Virus record (IMG/VR): IMGVR_UViG_3300032093_000013
Direction: 5' to 3' (one strand)
Length of the DNA stretch: 64,000 bases
Source: a virus
The notes below the pieces were generated by a model. The model was given only the letters and a program-made list of their open reading frames with translations. It was not told where the DNA came from and ran no database searches. A program made the position numbers and the translations under genes. Below, piece after piece: positions 47,081 through 55,516 of the stretch; position 1 is the stretch's first letter, and each line of letters begins with the position of its first letter.

Positions 47081-47716
47081 TTAGACCCACTCAAGAGCTT
47101 CTGCAACTGTCGGGAATTGCTCAGAAAATACTTTTTTGCATTCAAGAGCAATATCCATATGCTCTTTTTGAGTACCATTGGCAGATCTAAGTGTTATGTA
47201 ATGTATCCACGACCTGCAAGAACCCGTCATATAGATGCGTGTGGGCGTCGCTAAAGGCAATACAAATCTTGCACACTCTTTTGCTACACCTGCCTCTAAC
47301 ATTCGCTTGTAGAGGTTATTAGAGTGCTTAAACAATTCAGCAATTTCTGCCTGAAACTTAAGTTTTACATAGTCACCAAGATCATCTGTGGAGTTTTGAC
47401 GATTCTTGGTATCTTGTTTACGAAGATCTGGAATAGGAATATTTTCGGTGATTAGATTTGTGTCAGCATACCTTTGTGAAAATTCCTGAAATGTAAAGGA
47501 CCTGTGTCGAAGTATCTGAGCTGCGATACCACGGTTAGTTTCAATCTCAAGACTCATAGAAGATTGCTCAAACACAGACCAATGATTGTGCTTAATACAA
47601 TAACGTAGCAAACCCGCATAGTTTTCAGAATCCTGATTCTCTGGATTACTAACTCTCGCAATAAACGCCATTGTTTGTTCTGCATCGGGAGTCACGCTGA
47701 TAAGTTTTACAGTCAT
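47081..47716 (-). CDS. thyX: flavin-dependent thymidylate synthase
   Basis: HWSVFEQ; RHRSFTFQEFSQRY signature. Confidence 0.95.
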   Translation of the reverse strand: MTVKLISVTPDAEQTMAFIARVSNPENQDSENYAGLLRYCIKHNHWSVFEQSSMSLEIETNRGIAAQILRHRSFTFQEFSQRYADTNLITENIPIPDLRKQDTKNRQNSTDDLGDYVKLKFQAEIAELFKHSNNLYKRMLEAGVAKECARFVLPLATPTRIYMTGSCRSWIHYITLRSANGTQKEHMDIALECKKVFSEQFPTVAEALEWV

Positions 47717-47880
47717 TTCTTTCCAAATCCTTTTGATGTTTTTGATTCAAGTTCTGCGATTTCTTCCTTAAGCGTTCGCAGTTGTGTTTTCATCTCTCTG
47801 ATTTTTTCATCAGTATAAAGATTTTCTTGTTTTACCAATCTTTCTAAAAGTTTAATGAGTTCTCGTGCTCTACTGGTCAT
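47713..47880 (-). CDS. hypothetical protein (55 aa)
   Basis: hand-translated MTSRARELIKLL...KGFGKK. Confidence 0.65.
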   Translation of the reverse strand: MTSRARELIKLLERLVKQENLYTDEKIREMKTQLRTLKEEIAELESKTSKGFGKK

Positions 47881-48049
47881 CTAAATCAGAATCCTCAAAA
47901 ATTTCGTCGTAATCTAACACTGGTCTTTTTCTGACTTCTGGTTCTGTATACTTATTATACGCAGAAACATCAGAATAAACTTCTGCTTTCAGAGAATCAA
48001 CCAAGAGTTCTAAATTACGAACAAGAAGTTTTAGTTTGTCTTTATCCAT
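47870..48049 (-). CDS. hypothetical protein (59 aa)
   Basis: hand-translated MDKDKLKLLVRNLELLVDSLKAEVYSD. Confidence 0.65.
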   Translation of the reverse strand: MDKDKLKLLVRNLELLVDSLKAEVYSDVSAYNKYTEPEVRKRPVLDYDEIFEDSDLDDQ

Positions 48050-48112
48050 AAGTTACTATTCTCTTCAGGCATTTTACCATAAAAAAAGAGGGGCAGTCAA
48101 CCCCCCGTTTCA

Positions 48113-48289
48113 TTATGACTTGCTTAACAACTCCCTACAAATTCTTTTACAAGTTTGTTTTTCATCATCACACTCAATCAAACAATTAAAATAATCATTA
48201 ACTAAGTCGTTCTGTTCATTAGATCGTTCTACTGTCTCCTCAAATTGTTTCCATCCAGCTAATTGATTGTAAGAGATTAGGTTGTGCAT
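48113..48289 (-). CDS. small protein with four-Cys C-terminus
   Basis: GGAGG RBS before MHNLISY; CLIEC..CKRIC. Confidence 0.7.
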   Translation of the reverse strand: MHNLISYNQLAGWKQFEETVERSNEQNDLVNDYFNCLIECDDEKQTCKRICRELLSKS

Positions 48290-48423
48290 AATAACCTCCA
48301 TGCACATAGAATAACATAACAAAGGGGTTTTCGTTCATACGCTTCACCTCTATATTCTACTACTATCTAGGTGTTTTGTGTTGATTCCTTAACAATAATT
48401 TATACCTACGAGTTTATACCTAT

Positions 48424-48450
48424 AAAAAAAGGAGGAGATCAACCCCTCCG
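48424..48450 (-). terminator. rho-independent terminator of the riboswitch operon
   Basis: GGAGGGG-TTGA-TCTCCTCC followed by a T-run. Confidence 0.7.
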
Positions 48451-48454
48451 ATTT

Positions 48455-48538
48455 CTACTTAAATAAAAATTGAATATAAAGCGACAATAAAACAAGTACA
48501 ACCGCAGATCCTGCGGCAATTTGTAATACTGCGAACAT
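48455..48538 (-). CDS. 27-aa single-TM peptide
   Basis: MFAVLQIAAGSAVVLVLLSLYIQFLFK; TGATG overlap. Confidence 0.55.
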   Translation of the reverse strand: MFAVLQIAAGSAVVLVLLSLYIQFLFK

Positions 48539-48636
48539 CACTTTGCTCCAACGAGTTGTGCTAGTTGTGCTTGGTGACGGCGCTCTTCTTTTTGTTTTTG
48601 CTCTTTAATGATTTGAAGGAAGTTAAGTTTTTTCAC
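48538..48636 (-). CDS. 32-aa basic helical peptide
   Basis: GTG start, AAGGAGG RBS, GTGA overlap. Confidence 0.6.
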   Translation of the reverse strand: MKKLNFLQIIKEQKQKEERRHQAQLAQLVGAK

Positions 48637-48770
48637 TTGTGCCCCTCCTTTACAAACTTAACACCACGATAGGTTTCGTTGTATTGTTGGGCTTGTTGTT
48701 GCATTTGCTGTTGGTATTCAATACGCTTTTGAGTATCGTATTCAACACCACGATATACGACTTTAGACAT
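48633..48770 (-). CDS. DUF4278-family protein (45 aa)
   Basis: two YRGV motifs; AAGGAG RBS. Confidence 0.8.
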   Translation of the reverse strand: MSKVVYRGVEYDTQKRIEYQQQMQQQAQQYNETYRGVKFVKEGHK

Positions 48771-48801
48771 TAGGTTTTCTCCTTAATTTTGAGGCTAAAG
48801 A

Positions 48802-49036
48802 GCGTTCCTTCAGTCGGCTTTTGCGTCTATTTTGCACTCTTTTGGAGTAATCTGTTTGATTTCCCAAACCAAGTCATTTTTTGCTTGTTTTGGAATATCA
48901 ACTTTATGAATTCTCCCAACCATTAACTGTGCTTGAAGGCAAGTTAAAAGAAGTGTTTCCATAGATGAACGACCTATAAGTAGGTTTTAATCCGTTCCGA
49001 GTCGGCTTACTTCCGTCTGGTTTCCCAGATGAACGA
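48802..49036 (-). ncRNA. tandem glutamine riboswitch (glnA motif-like)
   Basis: aptamer 1 CGTTC-A-TCTGG-GAAA-CCAGA-CGGAAGTAAG..GAACG; aptamer 2 CGTTC-A-TCTAT..ATAGA..CTGAAGGAACGC. Confidence 0.75.
48810..48962 (-). CDS. 50-aa ORF nested in riboswitch aptamer 2
   Basis: METLLLTCLQAQLMVGRIHKVDIPKQAKNDLVWEIKQITPKECKIDAKAD. Confidence 0.65.
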   Translation of the reverse strand: METLLLTCLQAQLMVGRIHKVDIPKQAKNDLVWEIKQITPKECKIDAKAD

Positions 49037-49043
49037 TGAGAGT

Positions 49044-49073
49044 ATTATACTCCCTTTCGTGGATATTTATCAA
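49044..49073 (-). promoter_or_regulatory. sigma70-type promoter with overlapping late TAAATA
   Basis: TTGATA-N18-TATAAT. Confidence 0.65.
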
Positions 49074-49079
49074 GTATGA

Positions 49080-49099
49080 TTTGTATCATACGATACAAA
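49080..49099. promoter_or_regulatory. NtcA-binding site
   Basis: TTTGTATC-ATAC-GATACAAA = TGTA-N8-TACA palindrome. Confidence 0.65.
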
Positions 49100-49156
49100 T
49101 TTATAAAATCTTCGCGTGAGAAAATTTTGCCGGAATTTTTTGCCCCTTCTGGGGAA

Positions 49157-49531
49157 TCACTTACGCTTTTTCTTTTCGGGTGCCTGATATCCCCAGAGTT
49201 TTGGATTAATCTTTCCATAACCCCAGTCAATATTACGAACTACTGGACCGAGATTATCGTAATACATATCAAACAAATTAGATCTCTTTCCACAGCGTGT
49301 TAAATCATAACAAGTTTTACCATCAATTTGATAAGTGACTATGTAAGCATCAGTTGGAACTTGACTGTCTTTTGCTTCTTCTAGAGTACAGTTTTGTTTG
49401 ATAACTTCACACCCATATTTTGATTTAAACAATTCCTTTTCTTCGGGAGTCCAGGCATGGTTTAAATCTTTATTGGGCGCCTCTCCTTTATCTGATGGCA
49501 TCTTTGGTTTTTCTATAAGATTTTTTTCCAT
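49157..49531 (-). CDS. conserved cyanophage hypothetical protein
   Basis: 124-aa ORF. Confidence 0.7.
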   Translation of the reverse strand: MEKNLIEKPKMPSDKGEAPNKDLNHAWTPEEKELFKSKYGCEVIKQNCTLEEAKDSQVPTDAYIVTYQIDGKTCYDLTRCGKRSNLFDMYYDNLGPVVRNIDWGYGKINPKLWGYQAPEKKKRK

Positions 49532-49554
49532 GATAATAACTTCAAAAATTTAGA

Positions 49555-50166
49555 TTAACTTCTACCGCCCCACTGAATGTCTGAATACGCTTCAGCAACA
49601 ATTTCTTTTGTAAGATTATATTTTGTATTCAACTTTTTATCTTTCACCAGGCAAAGAATTTCTGCTTCAAGAGGATGAAGACCTTCAAGGATATTAATAA
49701 ACATTGTCTCACGACGAATATTATTCAACGAATCATTACCACCTTTGATGAAATGATAAAAGTTTTTGTATTCTCTACTAATTGTGGTATGCCCTTGCTT
49801 ATCACTCGATCCGATTGAAAAAGATCCAGTTTCGTGCATCTTACGAACTTCTTCAGAAATCTTCGTTGTAAGAGACCCGCTGTAAGAAGTTTGGTCTGAG
49901 TATCCAGAATATGGCACCGCACCTTCTGGAAGCATTGAAATTACTGATTCATCAAAATTCCAAATAAAGATTGATTTCAATGCGACATGCTCATACTTTC
50001 TAAGAATTTCTACCTTCTTGGAATTTGTTTTTTGTCTTGATACAATATCTAATACTTCAAAGACAAACGGGTTGTTTGGCAAACTTGGAGTTGCAGTAAC
50101 TCTAGCAGTAGTTGCCTTTGAAGTGGTCTTTTTAACGGGTGTTTTTGCTTTAGTTGTCGTAGTCAT
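49555..50166 (-). CDS. conserved T4-like phage hypothetical protein
   Basis: LPEGAVPY...RRETMFINILEGLHPLEAE. Confidence 0.75.
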   Translation of the reverse strand: MTTTTKAKTPVKKTTSKATTARVTATPSLPNNPFVFEVLDIVSRQKTNSKKVEILRKYEHVALKSIFIWNFDESVISMLPEGAVPYSGYSDQTSYSGSLTTKISEEVRKMHETGSFSIGSSDKQGHTTISREYKNFYHFIKGGNDSLNNIRRETMFINILEGLHPLEAEILCLVKDKKLNTKYNLTKEIVAEAYSDIQWGGRS

Positions 50167-50208
50167 ATGATGAACAAAATGTTGAATAATGTTAAAGTTA
50201 TTTATTGA

Positions 50209-50451
50209 CTATTCTTCGTCTTCCTCTACTTCAAACTCATCTTCAAAGTATCCTTGCTCAAATCGTACTGATACGATTTCTTGATCGATTAACTCACCAT
50301 CCTTATCATAAAACTCTGGATGGTATGCAATTTGTTTTGGACCTTCTTGGTGATTCATCATGTATTCTCTGGCAACCCAACCAAGCATTACTCCCACAAT
50401 CAGAAACAATACTGTTAGAAAAGAACCGAATACTAAACTGATTGCTAACAT
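50209..50451 (-). CDS. hypothetical membrane protein
   Basis: N-terminal TM segment; HPEFYDKDG. Confidence 0.7.
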   Translation of the reverse strand: MLAISLVFGSFLTVLFLIVGVMLGWVAREYMMNHQEGPKQIAYHPEFYDKDGELIDQEIVSVRFEQGYFEDEFEVEEDEE

Positions 50452-50468
50452 GTGTTTGCTCCGGGAAA

Positions 50469-50687
50469 CTACTTTTTCTTCCTTGATATAAAGGAAAACT
50501 CAAAATAGATGGTTACCTCCCGATTTAGAAAGCAAACCATCTTCTCAAAGATGATGTGAAACGGTTGAGTCTGCTTTCTTTTGCCTCCATTAAGTATAAG
50601 TTCAACACCACGATTAAAGTGGTCTTCCTTTTTATTTAGGTCAAGATTTGATGATTTGTTTTTCCTTGAGGAATTTGATTGTGTCAA
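50469..50687 (-). CDS. hypothetical protein (start uncertain)
   Basis: NRGVELIL... ORF. Confidence 0.5.
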   Translation of the reverse strand: MTQSNSSRKNKSSNLDLNKKEDHFNRGVELILNGGKRKQTQPFHIIFEKMVCFLNREVTIYFEFSFISRKKK

Positions 50688-50883
50688 CTGATCCTCCTAA
50701 TTTTTGTTCATCACAAATAACTTGTGGGAAAGTAGAGCCTTCGCCAAACTCGGCATAAAACTCATCTCTGGTAAAATGCTCATTGAGATTATATACTACA
50801 AAGTTACTTCCTGTCAACTCAAGAACTTGTTTGACTTTATAGCAGTATGGGCAATCCTCTTTAGAATATACAGTAAAGTTCAT
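50641..50883 (-). CDS. nrdC: glutaredoxin
   Basis: CPYC, TFPQV, LGG. Confidence 0.9.
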   Translation of the reverse strand: MNFTVYSKEDCPYCYKVKQVLELTGSNFVVYNLNEHFTRDEFYAEFGEGSTFPQVICDEQKLGGSVDTIKFLKEKQIIKS

Positions 50884-50915
50884 AATTTGTTATAATTTTT
50901 ATATTAATTTATAAT

Positions 50916-51020
50916 AGAAAAAAGGAGGGTATAAAAACCCTCCTTATTATACCACCAACTCACCTCTCCCACCACAGAGAAGTGGTCTTCATTCCCAAAG
51001 TTACAAGGATATTGAAGACT
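50916..51020 (-). ncRNA. candidate ~105-nt sRNA
   Basis: TTGACA-17-TATAAT promoter, two hairpins, strong terminator, no substantial ORF. Confidence 0.55.
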
Positions 51021-51122
51021 TGAATATTATAAAGGAAATTCAAAAGGTTGTCAACCGGTTGACGAAGTGTGTTTTTATAAGTAGACTAGGTTTGTTGCCG
51101 TTGAAGATAAGTTATAACTTAA

Positions 51123-51392
51123 TTAAGGTTTAGGACCTAAAAGACTCTCATTCCAAACTTCTTTGAGTTCTGTTGTGATCTCATCAACGGTTGTTCCAGT
51201 TATTTCTGCTTCAGTAACAATATTGGTTGCATCACGAAGTGCTTGTTTTTGAGTCTTAATTTCTTCAGTATCAGTACCAAATTCAAGTGCTCTTACAAAA
51301 TCCACATCCAGTTTTTCTAGAAGTGGTTTTCTCACCGCTCTCATCTTATCTTTTTGGATTTCTTTTGCTTTATCTACGTTAATCTTGATCAT
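51123..51392 (-). CDS. tail fibre assembly chaperone-like protein
   Basis: RKPLLEKLDVDF..KQALRD. Confidence 0.65.
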   Translation of the reverse strand: MIKINVDKAKEIQKDKMRAVRKPLLEKLDVDFVRALEFGTDTEEIKTQKQALRDATNIVTEAEITGTTVDEITTELKEVWNESLLGPKP

Positions 51393-51652
51393 TTCTTGTA
51401 CTCCAGTACCCAGTCTTCATAGTCCATACCGTATCCTGTCGGTTCTCCAAGTTCTTCTACATCAAGTTCCCAAGCATTAAAAAATGTATAGTCATTTGAT
51501 ACTTCTTCTTCATTTACAATCCAAAAAGGTTGCCCAGTTGGAGTATCCTTAAGAGCAATTTCAGTGATTGTATAATTTTCAAGTGCTTCTGGTGTTGGGT
51601 ATCCTACTGCAACTCCACCAAAATCATTATGCATAAGAATTAATTGTGCCAT
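51389..51652 (-). CDS. tail fibre-associated small protein
   Basis: IALKDTPTG..FFNAWE. Confidence 0.65.
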   Translation of the reverse strand: MAQLILMHNDFGGVAVGYPTPEALENYTITEIALKDTPTGQPFWIVNEEEVSNDYTFFNAWELDVEELGEPTGYGMDYEDWVLEYKK

Positions 51653-51683
51653 AATTATTTTAAGACTTGTGAATATTTATAAA

Positions 51684-52826
51684 TTAACGGAAAATTGCTA
51701 CATTACAACTATTAACATCAAAAGGAACACTACTAGATGGGTTACCAGTCACAATTTTTAGTGAACCAGTTCCAAATGCTGAATAATTTCCAGAGTTTAG
51801 GTTTGGTCCACCTTGTCCAACCTGATGAACTAATCCTTGCCCACCACCTTGAGAGATGGAGACCGTTGGACAATAGTTAGAATCTGGCATAGAACTTGAA
51901 AAATTGATTGTATAATTTCCAGTACTATTTCTAGTTACACTGGTTACATTAGCACTACCACGAATAGATCCACTTGTTCCATCAAAGTTCACCCAAACAC
52001 GACATCCATAAGCCGTTGCTACTGAACCATATCCAGAGTTAAATAATAAATTTCCATTAGAGTTCAATTGCATTTGAACTCCCAATTCACCATTATCAGG
52101 TTTGACTTGAAATCTCAAATATCCACCAGTATCTGCAGCATTTCCAACATTAGTATTTGTATAAGACTCAATAACTGCCTTAATACCAGGATTGCCTGTT
52201 AGATTGGTTCCAGATACTTTATTTCCAAAAACAATCGAACCAATTCTTGATGCACTTGGATTTGCATTTGGATTTACAAGTGCTAAACAACCGTCAGCAG
52301 GATTAGTTCCAGAAGCAGTTCCTGAAAAAGTATAAACTAATTGATTAGCGTCCTTACCCCAATTTAAATCTGATACTGTTACTCCAGCACCAAAAGTTGC
52401 TTCACCTCTTACGTCAAGTGTTTTTACAGCACTTATTGTTCCTATACCCAGACGACCATTACTATCAAACCTAGCTGCTTCTACACCACCTTCACCAAAC
52501 GCTATGGTATCAGCAGAAGGAAAGAATATACCGGTATTACTGTCACCTGTTGGACTTATAGATGGAGCTGAAGTGCTACCGGCAGCAACGGTTGTAACAC
52601 CAGTATTTGTAATGCTTGTAGCAGTTACAGTAGTGGCAGTTACTGATGTAAAAGTAGAAACCCCAGAAGAACTTAAAGTATTATTACCAATCTTAATCGT
52701 CCCTGACTGAACATCCAAAGCACTCGTTGGTACTGACGTTCCGATACCGACTCTACCAGTGGAATCTTGATAGACTCCGCCAGTACCAGATTGATGTAAC
52801 CAACGATTGAATCTTATATCAGACAT
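51684..52826 (-). CDS. tail fibre / receptor-binding protein
   Basis: GIGT repeats; C-terminal CRVWVNFDG..NVTSV..GNYTINF. Confidence 0.75.
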   Translation of the reverse strand: MSDIRFNRWLHQSGTGGVYQDSTGRVGIGTSVPTSALDVQSGTIKIGNNTLSSSGVSTFTSVTATTVTATSITNTGVTTVAAGSTSAPSISPTGDSNTGIFFPSADTIAFGEGGVEAARFDSNGRLGIGTISAVKTLDVRGEATFGAGVTVSDLNWGKDANQLVYTFSGTASGTNPADGCLALVNPNANPSASRIGSIVFGNKVSGTNLTGNPGIKAVIESYTNTNVGNAADTGGYLRFQVKPDNGELGVQMQLNSNGNLLFNSGYGSVATAYGCRVWVNFDGTSGSIRGSANVTSVTRNSTGNYTINFSSSMPDSNYCPTVSISQGGGQGLVHQVGQGGPNLNSGNYSAFGTGSLKIVTGNPSSSVPFDVNSCNVAIFR

Positions 52827-52846
52827 TTATATGAGTTTTTAGATAT

Positions 52847-53068
52847 TTATAGACCCAACAGTTCTTTGAGTTCTTCTATTGAGAGTCCTGCTGCCTCTAA
52901 CTTCTGTTGTGGAGTTAAAGATTCTGGTTCAGTAATTGGGTCTGGTGGAAGAGGTTCATTGCCTTCTTCTAACCAGAGAAGATATTCTGTTGAGGTCTCG
53001 ACATTGTGCCATTCGTCTGTTCCTATTTTATTTGCAGATGACCTATCTTGATTTAATTTAAAATTCAT
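52847..53068 (-). CDS. tail fibre chaperone-like small protein
   Basis: YLLWLEEGNEP. Confidence 0.65.
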   Translation of the reverse strand: MNFKLNQDRSSANKIGTDEWHNVETSTEYLLWLEEGNEPLPPDPITEPESLTPQQKLEAAGLSIEELKELLGL

Positions 53069-53080
53069 AACTTTATCTCC

Positions 53081-54319
53081 TTATAATTCGGCAGAAGCTC
53101 TAATGCGAACGTAAGTATGACCACACACTTCACCAGTAGAAAAGTTTCCGGATGTTCTAGAAGCTACAGATGAAACGGCACCCACTGTTGGAGCTTGATT
53201 ATTACCATAAGTTACAGCAGTACTGCCCCCATTATAATATATAAATCCAGAAGCTTGATATGCTGTATCATAAGTAACTACGGATGGACCAGTTCTCATT
53301 AATGGAGAAAGAGGTATGCTAAAATAACCATTAGTTGAACCAGGATACATATTAACTGTTCCCCCATTATATTCTTTTATTTGATAGTATCTTTCACATA
53401 ATGCTAACTCTTGCCCAAAACTTCTTCTCTCAAACGGGGTCGCAACTGTACCGGATTCTAATTGAACTCCTGTGATAAAAAAGGTAGCATTAAGAGTTGA
53501 AATCCACTGAGTTTGTGATGATGTTGCTAATTCTACACTTCCTGTCCATGTATTATTTGTTGCCTGATAGTCTGTACCAGCACCTAGTGTCCACGACATA
53601 TTCATACCACCAGAGTTGGTCTTTTCCCAAGTTCCAGTAGTATCTCCACTAATAATAATGGTTTTATACTCCCAAGTATCGGGAGAGTTAATTGAATAAT
53701 TTATTGGAATAGCACGACTGTCGGCATAGTTTGTAAGTGCGACACAATATGTCCCCGATATACTAGATTTTACCCAGAAAGATAAAGTTGCTGTTTTAGC
53801 ATTGGTAGTTCCATAGTGTAAATCGGCAACGTTATATCCCTCAAATCTATGACTAATAGAAGCGTAATCACCAGCAGCAATAGTGGCATCGGCGGTGGTG
53901 ACTTGTGCTCTTAAAGCATTTGAAAAACCTTGACCAGTTGGTACGTCAGATGTTTGAATACCAGAAATAACACACGTTGAGTTTTTTTGAATGTTAAATC
54001 TATCTACTGGAAATTGTCTATTACCAAATCCATCACCAGTAACTGAAACACTCGCTCCATTATTTCTCTGATCTAACCTCATATCTCCGTTAATTATTCT
54101 ATTCCGGGCACCAGAAAGGGGACCATCATTAATAGAACCAATATAAGCAGTAGTAATACCAGCAGTTGTTACACCTACAATACTTGTAGCATTTAAAGTT
54201 GTAAAAGTAGAAATCCCAGAGACACTCGCAGAATAAGTAATAGTTCCACCAGCAGTCCCGATAGCGACGTTAGTTCCACTCGCAGGAACGATAGCATTAA
54301 CTCGGAGACTGCTAGCCAT
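53081..54319 (-). CDS. tail fibre protein with carbohydrate-binding-like domain
   Basis: RNRIINGDM..TLSFWVKS..GVQLE.G.VATPFE..ELALCERYYQ. Confidence 0.75.
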   Translation of the reverse strand: MASSLRVNAIVPASGTNVAIGTAGGTITYSASVSGISTFTTLNATSIVGVTTAGITTAYIGSINDGPLSGARNRIINGDMRLDQRNNGASVSVTGDGFGNRQFPVDRFNIQKNSTCVISGIQTSDVPTGQGFSNALRAQVTTADATIAAGDYASISHRFEGYNVADLHYGTTNAKTATLSFWVKSSISGTYCVALTNYADSRAIPINYSINSPDTWEYKTIIISGDTTGTWEKTNSGGMNMSWTLGAGTDYQATNNTWTGSVELATSSQTQWISTLNATFFITGVQLESGTVATPFERRSFGQELALCERYYQIKEYNGGTVNMYPGSTNGYFSIPLSPLMRTGPSVVTYDTAYQASGFIYYNGGSTAVTYGNNQAPTVGAVSSVASRTSGNFSTGEVCGHTYVRIRASAEL

Positions 54320-54339
54320 TTATAAACTCCTTTGTATTA

Positions 54340-54621
54340 TCAACCAGCGAGTGCTGCTGACGCTGCTGCTGCCTCTTCGTTTCTTTGTGCTGCTGTCTTG
54401 ACTAAACCTTCTTCATAAGCTGCCAAAACCATATCTGGTTTGTTAGTAGCAGTGATTGCTTCGTTATTATCTAACTTATGCTTGACGTAAAGGTCGCAGA
54501 TTTCGTCAATCGCAATGCGAGCACGATTGGTTGCTGCATTATCAATCCAGTCCTGAGGATCAGCAGCGACGTATTGAAGTGCTAGGTCTTCTGCTTCCGT
54601 TAAAGTAATTGTATAGTCCAT
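54340..54621 (-). CDS. tail fibre-associated small protein
   Basis: 93-aa ORF following the C1q-like fibre. Confidence 0.65.
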   Translation of the reverse strand: MDYTITLTEAEDLALQYVAADPQDWIDNAATNRARIAIDEICDLYVKHKLDNNEAITATNKPDMVLAAYEEGLVKTAAQRNEEAAAASAALAG

Positions 54622-54661
54622 ACTTATATGTAAATTGTTTTGAAGTATTTAGTGGTATTTA

Positions 54662-55516
54662 TTATGATATTTTGGCGCCTGAAAATGAAATAAAACCACT
54701 ACCTGAAATTAATTGAACACTATTTGATGCCCAATAAATATCAACTACATCATTTGTTGCTAAACTTACAATACATGATGCATTAATGATAGTATTTTCT
54801 CCAATATCATCTCCTGCAGTTTGTCTTAACTCTGCCCTTTGGCGAATATTTCCATTTACTCTTATATCCCACATTGATTCTGTATTTGCATCAGTATATG
54901 TTGAGGCTTGGAAAAAATAAACTCCACCGACTGGTGCAGTAAAGGCATAAGTTGAAGTATTATATGAGTTTGTGTTATCAAAACCACCACTATCAGAGGT
55001 GGAATTATACGGTAATCTTTGTGCTGATGTAATAGTTACAGATGTAGTAGCTGTTGCTCTGAATGCAGGTTGATATAGGACAGACATATATCCATTACTA
55101 TCAACCTTAAATCTTTCTGTCCCAGATCCAATCTGCCCAGAATATAATCTAAAATTATCAATATAGTGGTGATGTATATTGCCAGAAGTTACACCAGTGT
55201 CCCATCCAGCGGCATGAGGACTCATTACAAATCTTCCGGTGGTATTAATTCCGGAATGAACACCAGTTATATCAATAAATTTAGTCGGATTATCAGTCCC
55301 TATACCAATAGATCCAGCAGCACCTACTCTTATTCTTTCGGTATTATTAGTACCTATGGTCAGTATATTAGTCGCAGGAGAAGCAATGGAAGCACCGGTG
55401 CCAACAGCAAAACCACCACCAGTAATGCCACCACTAAGAGTTACTGGACTACTAATTGTTACAGTAGAGACACCAGTATCAGATTGAATATTATTAACTA
55501 TAATTCTGCTAGTCAT
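54662..55516 (-). CDS. tail fibre protein with C1q-like head
   Basis: PAFRA..FTAPVGGVYFF..FSG. Confidence 0.7.
   Translation of the reverse strand: MTSRIIVNNIQSDTGVSTVTISSPVTLSGGITGGGFAVGTGASIASPATNILTIGTNNTERIRVGAAGSIGIGTDNPTKFIDITGVHSGINTTGRFVMSPHAAGWDTGVTSGNIHHHYIDNFRLYSGQIGSGTERFKVDSNGYMSVLYQPAFRATATTSVTITSAQRLPYNSTSDSGGFDNTNSYNTSTYAFTAPVGGVYFFQASTYTDANTESMWDIRVNGNIRQRAELRQTAGDDIGENTIINASCIVSLATNDVVDIYWASNSVQLISGSGFISFSGAKIS

Noticed and set aside
48113-48322. CP12 assignment
   Set aside because: It lacks the AWD-x-VEEL core and the C-terminal C-x8-C-x2-Y pattern.
49045-49230. 61-aa minus-strand ORF
   Set aside because: It overlaps the real upstream gene and the NtcA/promoter region, so it is likely spurious.
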